DNA of 42,582 nucleotides from Catajapyx aquilonaris (GCA_000934665.2 JYFJ02003385.1:1-42582), one strand, 5' to 3'. Shown: positions 12,201 to 25,722, counted from the first letter of the stretch. The notes: generated by a model not told the origin, from the sequence alone. Translations and numbers: made by a program.

Positions 12201-15200
12201 TTTAACCCGATTTTTAAACCCCCCCAGCACCAACACTACCTGCGTCAATGGGTCGACAGATATCGCCTTCCTGAGACAATGACAATAGGGGCTGGCTCTT
12301 GTCGCCAAACAACTATCTCTCAGGCCATTTTGCACATGTGGCAGCACAACTGAGCTGGGGAGTGGAGCCCTTGTTGCGAAAGTCTCCCTTTTGGTACGGT
12401 ATATCATTATGGAATAGTGCACTAATGTGGAATATAAAAGCTCTGCGGTCAAAATTAAGTTGCGGGAACGTCCAATAGCGGGGGTTTCTCATCTGCTATA
12501 AACTTCATTTGGTTAGGGTTGGGCCGAGCGATACACTGGATGTTATGCTTTCCGCATGTGCGGAATGAGGCGCATGAATATTGGGATCCAAATAAATTCG
12601 CCAAAAGGTGTGACATTGACTTTAAATCAGTAGTTACATACTAAAGGCCATTTCCCATAACATCGAATTCGCAACGGCCGTAAAATTTATACGAATCAAT
12701 TATACAAATTCCGCCGCCTGAATTCGTCGGCATTATTTATTACTAAAATTTGTTTTACGATGTGGGACAGAATTGTGTTGGACCACATCTGGTAGGCTGA
12801 CACTGAGCAGAAATAATTACAATCTTTTAAAATAATGACAGAGGTTTCTTATTCTAGGAGGGGGATTAGGTTATAGAGCAATAAATTGATCCAACGGTTA
12901 TGCAGATGGAAGTGGAAGAAAATGAGGTAATTTGCCATCGGGATTTTAAAACCTTGCTGTTGAACGCCTTTAGTCTGCGGGAGTTCGAAAGAGTGGCTAA
13001 TTTTACATATAACGGTACAGGTTTTAGTTATTCAAATATGTATGAGGCTTGAGAAGGATTGGATGTTGCATGATCGTATTAGTGTGGGAGGGTGTACTGT
13101 CGTTGAGAAGCACCTTAATTTCAGCTTAGCATAATAATTTGATCGCGTTGCTTGTAGTTTGAAAGCTATAAGCACACATATACTCTGTAGTTATATATAC
13201 ACACAGCATTCACCTTGGTCAAAATTTCATAGTGTTGCCTAAAACTCTATTTACGTGCAAGTATTGTCTTACTCCGATAATGTGTTTCTCACCACAAAGA
13301 TGTTACGAGTGCATACTCATAACAAAAACACCGGATTAAATTACTTATGCACGCTTGCAGCACCAGCAGCATCGTTGCTTTTGTATTCACCAGCAGCACA
13401 GGCATATAAAAACTCTGAATCAACAAGTGCTCCTTCTTCAAGGTGCTCTGTGCATATTCGCTTCTATTACGCAACTCTAACTCAGGAAAGGTAGGAGTAA
13501 ATTTATTCAATTTTTATCCAGCCCTCCCTCCCTCCCACCCCATCTCCCCACTCACTCGCAACATTGTAGGCGAAATATACGCGAAACCGTTCTTCGCCAG
13601 AAGCCTAACAGTCCGACATGTGTCTACATATTAATGCGTATAATGTTAGTGGTTCACCTGAATTTTGAAAACCCGCTCTACAAACTTTTGGTCTGAATTT
13701 CATTATACACAGGTTGAACACAAGAAGCAGAGTAATGGCTGAATGTACGAGGTAAAACAAACCAAGCAAGCTGGAAACAAGCTGGTCTTGAGAATTTGAG
13801 CATTTGGCAGAGGAAGCCAGTAAGGCTTCAATACTTATGCAGCACAAATAGAGAAGAAAAATAATTCTGACCCGGACGTTGANGGGGGGGGGGGGGGGTT
13901 CTCCCAGATTCGTTTCTTCAACTATAAAGGTAAAGGTGCGCCCCCAATTTGTTCGGGCAGCACAAGAAGCAACTAACTCTAATGAACGAAGATGGGAATC
14001 TCCTATAGAGTTAGAAGGGGCTTACATGGTTAGACCATCATCCGGGGTTTTCTGCGACTTTTTAAAGGGGGAACTGTTCTTTCGTGCGGCCGGGTAAGTT
14101 CAAGATCATAACCATGGCCTTAGAATACTTGGTCTGGTCACTCCCTCTTATCGCCTGACGGGGCGTTTTGCGGGAGGTGTTCACTTGAGAGCGCCTCCTG
14201 CAAAAGGCGATAAGAACTGATTATAGGGGGAGTGTCCGGGGACTGATCATAACATTTTGAAGAAAAAAAAACGTATTAACTTAACCATTCCAATGGCATT
14301 CTACCTGCTGATTATTTAAGCCCAATGTGATTGCCATAAAAAAATCAATATGCAAATCAAAGAATATTATGTGAATATGAAGCAGAAAATTTCGATTTGC
14401 ATTTCCAAAGCAATGCTGTTATTTTTAGTGAACTATACTCAGATGTTATTCGAAATGATTCCAGTGTATGATGCACCAATGCATTTTAACCAATATATTG
14501 TTTTATTTTTCTGCCCTACTTTGCTAGGATAGTTAATGCGCAGCAATTAGGCCCTATACGTCTGCTATTGATGAGAAAATACGGGCATTTAAACTGCTGT
14601 ATAATGATAATTTTATGCCACAAAACAGTAATATACGCATTTCAATTTGTTTTAGTTTTGCTACTGCATGATATGTTTATTAGGTATGCAACTGTTACGT
14701 CGTTTCCCTTCTAGGGAACATAGGCTAGTAACATGCATGGAAGTCACATGTACTGTACCTAATAGTTTATTTAAAAGACCTGGTAGTGAAAAATGTGCGC
14801 AGTCCCCTCTCCGTCCAAGAGACATTTCGAATTTTTGAGACAAAACAGCTCGAGTTGAATAATCATTTAGCCCTTTTTGATCAGTCAATTGACGTTCATT
14901 TCTAGATATACGTAACACCGACTTCGGCGACTTGTGATTAGAATAATTTGGCAGCCACACACAATCGACACTCTTAAACTATTGACTTCATAGGGTCATG
15001 AAGAACAGGGCCTATGCTATAAATGCAGTGTTCTAAAATGACACGTTAAACGTAGGTGTCAGTAATTTCAAAAAAAACAAAACACTATACGTATATGCAT
15101 AGGTCTAAACATGCGAAGATTTTAAATGCATGATCAGAGTTGAATATTGGTCAAAATTGAGCTTGACATTGTGTAACGCAGTCATACAAGAATGCTTCTG

Positions 15201-16983
15201 CCGGTCAAGCCAGTTTTCTGTTGGAGAAATTTAAGACCCCTTTAGAAAAATGTTTGAAGACGGAAATACCAAACTTGCTTCAAACTTCAAACACCCATAT
15301 GTATAAAAATCATTCGTTTTTCATTTCAGGTCTTCCTATGCTTAGGTCCACTTAAGACTTAATGCTTTTGTTATAGGGTTTCGACAGCATGATAATTATG
15401 TTAGCATGCTCCTGGACCATTCCTAGTGCAAATACAAGGTTAATTGCCAGACTTACTTTGTCATCATTTTGCTACTATCCGAGTCGACACGGCCTGAAGC
15501 GATATTACCCCCAACGCGCTGTTTCAACCCCCCTGTCCCCCTCCAAAAAAGAGGTCACATTCCCAATTTCCGCCATATGAATATATCTCTCTCCGTTGGC
15601 CATTCCATGATATCACCTACCAGCGCTGAGTGACAAACCGCTGCCGAGATGAATAGACAAACCTCTTGAGTGTCATCCACAACATCAGCGCCATATTTAT
15701 CTTCCCAGCCCTACCCCCCATTCCCACCTCCCTCCCTTTCCCACCACCCCCCATTTTCCAAACACACACCCCCCTTTTCCATCCCGATAATCGATGTTGC
15801 AGCTAAGCGCACAAAGTTAACTGTCTGCGCCTTCCAAACTTTCTTCTGGATATATCCAGACGCATCACAAAACTCCATTCACTTGGGTCAAGAACTTCGC
15901 AAAAAAAAAGGGTACGAGGTAAAGTTGGTCTGACCATACCTGTCACGTTCAGATGGTCACTTTGAGGCCCAGACTGGATCAACTCAGACCACCCATTTTG
16001 GATACCCCCTACCACCACTATACCACATCGCATCAATCCCTCCCACAAAGTTCTTATGGTTCCAGACCCTCCAGGGAAGGATATGTTCACGGCTCTCGAT
16101 ATCGTGATGGAGGAAGTCGATCAATCTTTTTGTCCCGTTTCGCGTCGACATGAACCAAATGGATTTATTCGGGCATTCCTGGAATCATTGTAGTCCAATC
16201 TAAATAACCCTTGCCTAGGAATAAAAAAAAATATCGGGAGATGATTTTAGAGCGAGTGGAATCGATCAGGTTCTTCCGGGCGGATGGGGGCTCCCAGTCT
16301 CCCACCGCACTATTTACCCGACATCTTTTAATTATAGCTCTGCTTTCAATTATCGCCAGGCAAATACAGTGGTGTTTCGGTGATGGAGAACTGGGGGGTT
16401 AGAAATGCCATAGATTCACATGTAAGATATCAGCACTTATTGGAGTAGCGAAAACAATAATTTTTAATCGCGATAATAAAATTAGGCATGAATTAAAACC
16501 TTCAACTGTGATTTTGATTTAATGCATTGAATATGGCTTGGTTTTGGTAATCAACTCTTCAGTGTAACTGGTTCTTGTAGTTAGCACGCAATGACCAATT
16601 AATAATAATATTTTGACGTGCAGTGTAATGGGGTGGATAGATTGCAGGTTGCATGTAACGCTGACTTCCAGATTCAACAAATGATCACTTACAGTCCAGA
16701 CCACATCACAGTCTAACAGTAAGCTCGAAACGTGCAAAATATCAAAATTGAATCGCTTTGTGTTGGTATTATTATTTTGTAGTCTCAAGGTGACCGTTTC
16801 GACCTCTGGCGCGGTTTGCTCTTGCTTTATTCATACTGTTTACCGTAAAATATGCAGTTTTTGCTGCCGAAAGAATTTAGTTAACATAAATAATGACAAT
16901 GCTTCTTATTAACACTTAAGTATAATTATATCCGCATCTCTAGACTATCCTGTTGTTACCTACTCGTGATCTCATTATTACTA

Positions 16984-17198
16984 AGGTGAAGTGGGGTAAG
17001 TGCATACACGGGGCAAGTGCATACACGGGCCGCCATATTGGAATGAAAATGGCTGACGACACCAAAACGCGTCAGGCACTCTTTGTGTAGCTGCACATAA
17101 CATCCCCGGACGCGTTTTGGTGTCGTCAGCCATTTTCATTCCAATATGGCGGCCCATGTATGCACTTACCCCGTGTATGCACTCACCCCATTTCACCT
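16984..17198. mobile_element. Palindromic MITE with TA target duplication (Tc1/mariner-pogo type)
   Basis: About 90-bp near-perfect inverted arms (AGGTGAAGTGGGGTAAGTGCATACACGGGG... / ...CCCCGTGTATGCACTCACCCCATTTCACCT), a short spacer, TA on both sides, and a subterminal direct repeat AAGTGCATACACGGG x2 per arm. Confidence 0.9.
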
Positions 17199-17607
17199 TA
17201 TAAAAAAATGTTAATAACAAAAAATTAGAGTCAAATTCAAAACTGTACCTATACACAAGTTCGTCGACATCATACCGGATTCTGTACAACAGCAAAAAAT
17301 TCGGCTTGATGTGACAAGTATCCTGATGCCAGCTTGAAGTGTAAGGTTATTGTCCGTCACCCACAAAGAGCTACAAAAAACACCGATCTCCTCTTCGCGA
17401 ATACCTACATCTGCACTGAAGGAAGTGCTGTATTCCTTCAAGTTTGTTACGCACTTATCCTACCAGAATGGACAGCCTGACAAAAAAATTTGCCATTCCT
17501 CAGACTCGGTACAGAGATCCGTCAGTTTACCATGTTGTGGTGTGCAAGTTACATTTAATACCGCGTCGATTTAATTTACAAGTACGACTCTACATGGGCA
17601 AAATATT

Positions 17608-17893
17608 TATCCTGTTCCCAACCGCTGGGTCACCAGCATGTTTTTAGGAGTCATGAGGAAAGCCCGGAAAATGCAATTAAAACCCAGAAAAAACAGGAAA
17701 AAAACAAGGCAAAGTAAGAAAATTTAAGGGGCGGGGATTCATCTCAAATCTACATAAGCATTGTACGTACCAGGTTGAACATTTTGGTAATAAAACGTTT
17801 CGGAAAAAGTCGGTATGGGGTCATACTGGTCGCCAGAGGTCGAGGAAAGGTTGTCCATAGGGTCGCGACGAAATCAGGTTAGGAATAATGCTG
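17608..17893. mobile_element. Degenerate hAT-like MITE
   Basis: CCTGTTCCCAACC...GGGTC at the left and GGGTCGCGAC...GGTTAGGAATAATGCTG at the right resemble hAT (Charlie-type) ends and the element at 25449-25709. Boundaries are approximate. Confidence 0.3.
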
Positions 17894-20772
17894 GATAGTC
17901 AGGATAAACACGTCGTCCCATTCGTTATGAGCGGGACTTGTACTGTACATCTCTATACGGTATGTTCGCAATTTGAAAGTTATTCATGCATGAATAGGGC
18001 TAATGGCGTACAGTACACTACGAATTACTCCTCAAATTCTGTCTTTGCCACAGAACCTTATAGACACATGCAACGGAAATGGAAAGTCGCACGAGTGTGA
18101 ATAGTAAAGGAAAGCAAAAAAAATCAAGCGAAAACAAAGCGAGAAAGAACAGGGTCCCACAAGAGACGTAGCAAGTCCACAAAAGGTCTTTCTTGGGAAA
18201 TCTCTCCTATTTGATCGGCTTGGATTTACGGCTTTTCCCCTCAATTTGCTCCGCTTATTCCTTCTAAGAAACTGATAAGCCTCGATGCAATACTGAATAT
18301 AAAAAAATCTAAGTCTACCTCGGATTTTTTCCCTTCTATTTTTACGTGCAGAAAATGGATTTTCAAGCATCCATTTGCAGAGGAAAGAGCTAGATGATTT
18401 TTCAGGCTTCTCCTTCAGCTTGGGAAGCAACTAATTAAGCAAGCGGTTTTAGGCGAGAAGCGATTTCTGTTTTCAAGCCACATAACACAGGTACGGAACC
18501 CAGTTCGTTCAATGCGGATTTTTTTTTTAATTGTCACCCTGACAGGTGCAAGGCCCGGTTGTTACCCGTGACTTATAGGCAACCGGTCACACGTGGCCGG
18601 TCCTTTTCAAACCCACACTACCGGGTGAGCTTTTTCACCTGTTGAATAGGGTAGTACTTTCTACCACCAAGTAGTGTCTCCGCGGTGGTGGCTAATAAGG
18701 CAAACGGTGCATGCGCAGACAGGCGTGTAATTGTGCATAGCATGATCACATGTCGCATGCTGCTCATCTTATCAGCCGTAAACGCTTTAATAGCTTGCTC
18801 TAAAGTGGTAGATTGCCTTGATACAGTATAAGAGGATGCATGTTATTTTTCAGCGTGTAGGACGCCCTTGGAATAATTGACGTTTGCCTCAATTTTTGAA
18901 GCTGTAGCAACATGATGAAGCACAGTATCAATTTGTAGATTAACGGAGGCAAAATAATGTAGTAGGCCTACTTCAAGGCTGATGGGATGGATGTTGCTGA
19001 ATTATTCACGGACTAAAAACTTCAGGATGTGTCAGACTATTTGCATAACTTAAAAACGTGCGTGCAAACTGTACACAAAGGTTACAACATTTCCATTTGG
19101 TCGGCCATTTTAACAGCCTTTGACGTCCTCCATTGTCCTGTATGAATACACAATGATGTTATTGGTTTTATTCGGCCCAAAACTGATGTGCCCTGGTTAC
19201 CCGTATTATGAATACATTGCAAAATATTATTTACAGGCGTCCCGGCAAACCTGCAAGCTCTCTCTGGTGCCTTGCTGCTGCTGCAGCAGCAGAAAATTCA
19301 TATATTTAAGCCTTAACTTACACATGCGTAAAGGACTCGGATCGATGCTTTCTTTAAGTGGACGAGGTAGACAAAAAATGTGTCTATACATATTCCTAAC
19401 AAGGTTACTTGGTACTGTACAGCATACAAGTGCGTGTGCAACCCTTGTTAATATCATAACTTATTAAAGGTACGCATTAACCAAATGTCTCATTTTTTTG
19501 GTGCTGTGCATGCAGTACGCTTATAATTTGTCTTTCAACGAGTAACAAATTAATGAGTTTTTGCTTTTAGCCTTTGTCATTAATATTTGCCTTGCAGCTT
19601 TTCATAAGTATTATCTACGTCAGCGGCCTCCAATAATACTCTTTCCTAATTGACCCTAATTTTTCGTGCAGTATTTTCTTGACATGATCCTGTCATAAAA
19701 GGTCCAGGTCATGACCCTACTTTAATCCACATAATATTGTAACCTTACATTGCCAATGGATAATGACAAATATGTGTCCCTTGTTATTAAGCTCCTGTAG
19801 ATTTAAAAATATAAGACATGTTGGTACTGTACTTGTAGTGAAAGGCAAATTAAAACTTCTGCAGGGGCCTTTTACGTGAAGCACTTTTGAGTTTAAATAC
19901 TTATAGGCTATAGTGCATAAGGTAATCAAGTCGTTATTTAACACGTGGCTATTTGAAAAGACAATATTATTGTTTCTGTTCTTATTTCACAGAAATTATG
20001 TTGCGACCATCACAACTTTACGCTTTTCGTCCTAAACTTCTTTAGTAAATATACCTACTGTTTAAAACCTAGCAGGGAATCCATTAAATGTGCATAAATT
20101 GATGAACAATGGGCTAGCACTTTTAACTGCAGAATGGGATTACGTGTAGATATACGTATAACATAAATAGTAGTAGTTTTTAGTAATGTTGTATTGTTTC
20201 GTACGCAAGCCTAGTCATGGGATCCAAATAGGCCAATTACAATGGAAAATACTGCTACTCATTATCTGATTTAGTCTATTTATATGAGTAGAAGGGAGTT
20301 CAATGTCACATGTCAAATTAGAAAGCCTTCGACTGGATTGCTTGTAAACCTACTAAACAACTAAATTATAAATCCCAAGTGGCATTTAACTAGATATGGC
20401 AATTAAATGTACCACGTGATACACATAAGCCACGCATTACTTTTCACTCTGTACCCATAATATTTACAGCATTCCTCCAGTGCCATCAACTGCACTTTCA
20501 AAATGTAGCCACTGCACTGTACCATATTCAGTCGTCAACACACATTCTCTGCAGAGAAGCACTTGAGTGCATGCACACCTTACAACAACCACAGTCCCAT
20601 TAAATTACAGCAACAGCTTTCCGTCGACGCACTGTACGCTTCACACGGTTGCAAGTCGAGATTTGAGAAGCGGTTCCCAGCCAGCTAACAAAACACGCAG
20701 GCCAGCACGACCCCACGTCTAACAAAATAAGTACACCATTGCAGGCATCAAGGACCCGCATCCCTCTCTCAC

Positions 20773-21391
20773 CTGATGCAGAAGACAAAGTTGAGGTGCA
20801 TGGATGGAGCGAGGTCGCGCTATAGTAAAGACCGTGTAGTAAAGTCAATATGTGGGGGAGAGTGAGCTGCGAGTAAAAGGGGCGGCGACCCCTCCAGTCT
20901 CGGCGCCCACAGACTCTCCCACTCCAGCAGCACCAGAGGTCATTTTCCCCCCAAAAAATGGTCCACTCGAGAAACAGTCGACCCCCCCAGCGCCCCCTCC
21001 CCGGTCACTGGTCACACATCCAAAGCACTGGTTATTCCATTGCTGATGTGGAGGAAGATGATGAGGATGCCGGCGGAAGAAGGCAACCTGGCGGCGGGTG
21101 GTGGTGGTGGTGGTGATACGGAGTCGGCGCCATTGGGAGGACGGGGCGCTAGTGTCCGGGTGGCGACATCTCCCAGCAGCAGGTGACGCCGGCCGATCCT
21201 CTCTCAGGCATTGTTGCAGACTAGGCACCTGCTCCAGACTGTTTGGCCGGATGATACATTCTCCCGACGCCACCCATGGGTTACTAGCACGAGCTCTCTT
21301 CACCCCCCACCCCCCTCCTCCCCAACCAGACACACACACACACACAGCCCCCTCTCCCCCCTCTCCAGGTCTCCCTCCAATAACCCCCCCT
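20773..21391 (-). other. Putative non-coding (5' UTR) exon in a GC/CpG-rich island, possibly of the TASK gene
   Basis: Long pyrimidine tract plus TTTAATCAG| acceptor (exon starts 21391) and CAG|GTGAG donor (exon ends 20773) on the - strand. No recognisable protein. A further AAG|GTGAG donor lies at 22279/22278. Confidence 0.35.
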
Positions 21392-22650
21392 CTGATTAAA
21401 TGAGGTAGGGAGGAGGGGGGTAAAAACAGGGAGGGTCGTCTCTTTTGCCCACACTTGGTCTGTGCGCATGTGCTTCTGCTGCATGGGTCTTATGCGGTTG
21501 CGCTCGTTACATCCGCAGGGTTCAGGCAGCCTCCGGATACGGATCATTTTGGATCCACCTGAAGCCGGGATACAAATTGGGATGCATGGAGAGGGACAAA
21601 AATAGGGAGGAGATCAATTCCTGGAGCCAAGCCATGCCATGTTTGTGTACTGCTCTTTCAAGCGTTTGAGCCCGGTTGCTAAATAATTAATGTTTTACAA
21701 ATATCACTCACAGTGCTGAATCAATGGTGCGCTAAATGACTCGCACTGTGCTCCTGAAAGGTCTCATTATTTAATGTCAGAGATTCAATTTGCGTCGGGA
21801 AATTAATGAAACAAAACAGAACCTGCAACCATTGCCAATCACAATGCAGGCATTAGTGCAACAAATGTCTTTTCCAATCACAATGGTTCTTTTTTTCCCC
21901 CCTTTTGTGTTTACAAGGAGTGCTTTCCTCCCGTGGTAACTCCATAATAAGAGTGCCGTCATGGGCGTAATTTTGCAGTTTCAATAACTGCATTGCGGTG
22001 AGCCCAGGATCCAAAATGGAGGTGCGGCACACCGGAAGGCGCAAGTGCAGCACATGGGATCCCCCTCTCCCCCCGCACCCTGCGACGGTCTCCATGGAAA
22101 CTCTGCCTCCCATCCCTCCTCTCTCTGTGTGCTAGAGTCTGCCGCCTCCCCCCATTTAACGCGGCTCCTCTCTCATCCCAGAAGACCCACTTTCCCCATC
22201 TTGTTTACCCTGGAATTTGGACAAGACCCTTCCGGACACCGCAGCCGATTCGGCCCACCTTGGCCCCTCTGGGCTCACCTTTTGCCCTGCCCTGCGCTCT
22301 TCCTGCTCACCACTTTCATTGCCCGTAATTCCTCATCCCCCCCTTTTTCCCGCCATTCTCCGGATTGATTGCAGAGAACGGTGGAAAGCGGGCCAATCGA
22401 TATATGTACCCCCCAGCTCTGCACCCACCACCACTGTGACAGTCCAAAGACACCCAATTCCAGCATCACCCACTCTGGCTCACGCATCTCTACTTCTTGG
22501 CGCAAACACTGCCGCATGTTGCAATTTGCACGGACATCGATCAAGTCCACAGGTTGGGACACTCCGGAGAAACGATGGTCCAAATGGACAATTCAAGGAC
22601 AATGGTCATCCTGGAAGGTGGATGACTTTTGTGTCTCGCTTGTTCAGCAA

Positions 22651-22819
22651 GAGGTCTACTAGCCAGGGGCGAAGAGTTTCGCGGGAGATCGACTAGCCAG
22701 GGGCGAAGAGTTTCGCGGGAGATCGACTAGCCAGGGGCGAAGAGTTTCGCGGGAGGTCGACTAGCCAGGGGCGAAGAGTTTCGCGGGAGGTTGACTAGCC
22801 AGGGGCGAAGAGTTCCGCG
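22651..22819. repeat. 34-bp minisatellite, 5 copies
   Basis: Unit GACTAGCCAGGGGCGAAGAGTTTCGCGGGAG(A/G)TC repeated head to tail with 1-2 substitutions per copy. A hAT-like end (GTTTGACAACCACTA) lies about 60 bp downstream. Confidence 0.95.
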
Positions 22820-24849
22820 ATTGTAAAACAGGGATCTGAAAACACAAATCATTGTGGGTCTAACAGAAAAAAATAGTTTGACAACCACTACTGTAACCGC
22901 TTCAGTGCAAAAGCGTGATTTATACCTGGTTCTACAAATCAGAATGTGAAGGCCTCTTGGCCAGAGTCGAGTGCAAACTCGGCTGAAAGAAGGGGAAAGG
23001 ACATCCGACCCGAAGAAAGGGGTTTTTTTGTGCTCTCCAAGTCTGCTGACACGGTCTGGACAAGCGCAACTGTCTCTGGAAGACAGAGGTCATGGTTCCC
23101 GCCGGATCGATCCAAAGTAAACAGATGACTGCAAATCCCTTTTCCGCCCAATTTTCATTTTCACCTCCCACCTGCTGGGGTCACAAACGCGAACCATGGT
23201 CTGTTTGTTCTCGACCTCAGGCTAGAGATACGTCAGGGAGAAACACACAAAAAAATGCCGATGTATGACCGGAGAACAGATGACTGGAGGCTATATCCAA
23301 TTTCGCAGTCACCTTCACTCTAATGTTTATTCCTCCTGGCACCTTTTCACCCCGTTGGCTCTTTTGACATTCATTGTGACTGGCATAGCCTCATTCATAT
23401 TGCTGCACTCAATTTGAATGCAATTGCTTCACTTCCTATCCATCCAGTGTCCTGCACTGATTGCATCTGAAGTATTGTCTTGCGAGTTACTCGGTTCTTG
23501 GTCCTACTTTATGCCTAATTAACAAGGACGGCATGTAAATTAATTGTTTCTCATGCAAGGGGTCAAAATAATTGACAAACTCGGCCTGATAAAATTCACT
23601 ATTCACAACTCTCGTGCACGGGTTGACAAAATGAATTAACTAGGCCGCTGGTACAGGCATTCTTTAGAGCTTTAAACGGAGCGTAAATTGCCCTGCATTC
23701 ATCGACTAACAGCACAACAATATTGACGTCAACAAGCACGGGAAAGCTAATTATGTTCACTTGATTACAACTTCACACTCGGGATTCTTTTACCACTCCC
23801 GACATCGGCGACATGATATTCATGGATCCAAAGGCTAATCCGGGTCAATAATTGGATCTGGCGATTAAATTCCACAGATCATGCGCTTCCATCGATTTCG
23901 TTGTTCAAGCAGTTATAGATAGCACACAGGCTAATTATAGAATTAACGTGCCTTGTAGATTACACCACGGTACAGTATCAGAAACAAATACCAAACGCAA
24001 GCGTGGAATGGTCATGTATGACGCACGTATTAATTCAGAGATTCACGCTTCTGCGAAAGTTTGCAACATATAACATGGGAATGCTTTCAGCGTGACACTA
24101 TTTACAATGCATGACCTTTTGGTAAACCAACTCTGCTCTCACAATGTCAGCCACGACTTGGGAGGTAGTCTGCGTATTGACATTTCAAGTGGTCAGTTTG
24201 GTCAGTTGGAGACATCTGGATGTTCCCACAACAGAAAACACAATGATGGGTAACATCCAAGTGGGATGGAGTACTCACCCACATCCACACCAGTCTTCAT
24301 GAAACCAGAACCATGCTATACAGTGAAACATGTCTAGGATCCAAGCCACGCCGAATATTTCCCTGCTGTTGAATGTCATGCTTGCAAATTATTTCACTGC
24401 AACAAATTGTCAGAAAAATGTAAACTTTGTACTGACAATACCACGAAACTACTGATCAAAACTCGTGCCACATTAATTTTGTGCACGGAATAATATTACC
24501 ACCGCATCTAAAATTCATCCCTTTGTAAGTACACAATGACGGCACAAACTAAAAATTTTCCTTCAACCAAAAATAAGAGAGGGAACTTCACACCAATTCT
24601 TCTCTTCTTCATTCCCCGTCCTGCCCCCATCCTGCACGTTTCACCAAAAGGGGACCCATGTCAATAGACATAATTATCACTGCCTTTTCCCCGATCTTAT
24701 TATACCAGCTTGGGAACTGATTCTTTGCTTCTCATTTTACTCGCATAATGCAACATAATTTTGCCACAGTCATAAGCCAAATGGGTTAATAGTGGAAGCG
24801 GTACACAGAAAAATTCCCTTGGTGGAGTTGTTCATTGGACCAATTAAAG

Positions 24850-25118
24850 CGGTTTGGCCCGTTGTTCCGAAAATTTCACCCCTGAGGAGTCGAATGGGCG
24901 GCCATTTTCCAAAATGGCGGCCGAGTTTGTTTTTTTTTCATTTCTTTCACTTTTTTTTGTTGTCGTAAACTTAAAAGCCAGGGGTCTTCTTAGACTAAAT
25001 CGGGGTCGGAGATTACAAATCTCAAGTCAAAACACTGATTATGCGATTATTAGAATGTTTTCAGGACGATTTTTACCAAGTGTTTTGGCAGACGAATTCG
25101 TGACCATCCTGAATGTAA
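24850..25118. mobile_element. Remnant of a Tc1/mariner-like non-autonomous element
   Basis: Ends in GTGACCA(T/C)CCTG(A/T)A (reverse complement TACAGGGTGGTCAC, a mariner-like terminus) and has an internal palindrome GCCATTTTCCAAAATGGC. The left end was not found; start is approximate. Confidence 0.35.
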
Positions 25119-25402
25119 ATATTCATATCTATCAGCCGGCGGTTCTTTAGGGGGGGGGGGGGTTCCAATTTTGTTTTGACTGGAACTCTTTGCTTTCATT
25201 TTTACTTTGCTTCTTGGGATAGGATAGGGACAGAAAGAAGTGGCTGTGGCCTAATTATTTAGGAAGCAATCCCGGAATTCTCCTGGGGGGACCGTGGGAA
25301 ACCACAGAAAACCACGGTTAGAATTGCCGGCCCCGGGACTCGAACCCAGGACCTCCCGATTAGCAGTCGGACGCCTTATCCACTCCACCAAACTGCTTCG
25401 GT
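25119..25402 (-). mobile_element. tRNA-derived SINE, family A copy 2
   Basis: Same body as copies 1 and 3; B box GGTTCGAGTCC on the - strand. TSD GTGACCATCCTGAATGTAA (25100-25118) / GTGACCACCCTGTATGTAA (25401-25419). Confidence 0.9.
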
Positions 25403-25448
25403 GACCACCCTGTATGTAATCATCTGTCAGCCACACTATAGCTATAAT

Positions 25449-25709
25449 CAGTGCTTCCCATTTGTTTTCGTTGGCGACCCCAAATAATCGTCTCGTAAAA
25501 TTCGCGACCACCCCAGATGTGCACATTTTGATCCCCCAAAACATGAAGACAGGTAAAGCGTGAAATGGAAATCATTGATAATAACTATTGTCGAGTATCT
25601 GAATTGTTATGTAACCTACCCCCTATGGGCATAATTTCTAAGAGACATAATTATTTTGTGAAAATAATTTGTTACTCTTTGGTCGCGACCCACAGTTTGG
25701 AAAACACTG
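25449..25709. mobile_element. hAT-type MITE
   Basis: Terminal inverted repeats CAGTGCTTCCCA... / ...TGGAAAACACTG and subterminal GCGACC motifs. The 8-bp TSD is not well preserved. Confidence 0.65.
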
Positions 25710-25722
25710 TATAGAACTTGGT

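Noticed and set aside
13340..13460. THAP-like peptide RICTEHLEEG on the - strand
   Set aside because: Preceded by an in-frame stop and the rest of the THAP motif is absent; too short to support.
13883..13898. N bases next to G/C homopolymers (13883, 34525)
   Set aside because: Most likely sequencing or assembly ambiguity; the second is intronic and does not affect the NUP42 frame.
20845..22696. Several 100-166 aa ORFs on both strands
   Set aside because: Low-complexity, GC-rich and stop-poor sequence with overlapping ORFs on both strands and no recognisable domain; more consistent with UTR/promoter DNA.
22651..22819. CRISPR-like array (34-bp palindromic repeats)
   Set aside because: Units are directly adjacent with no unique spacers, there are no cas genes, and the context is eukaryotic.
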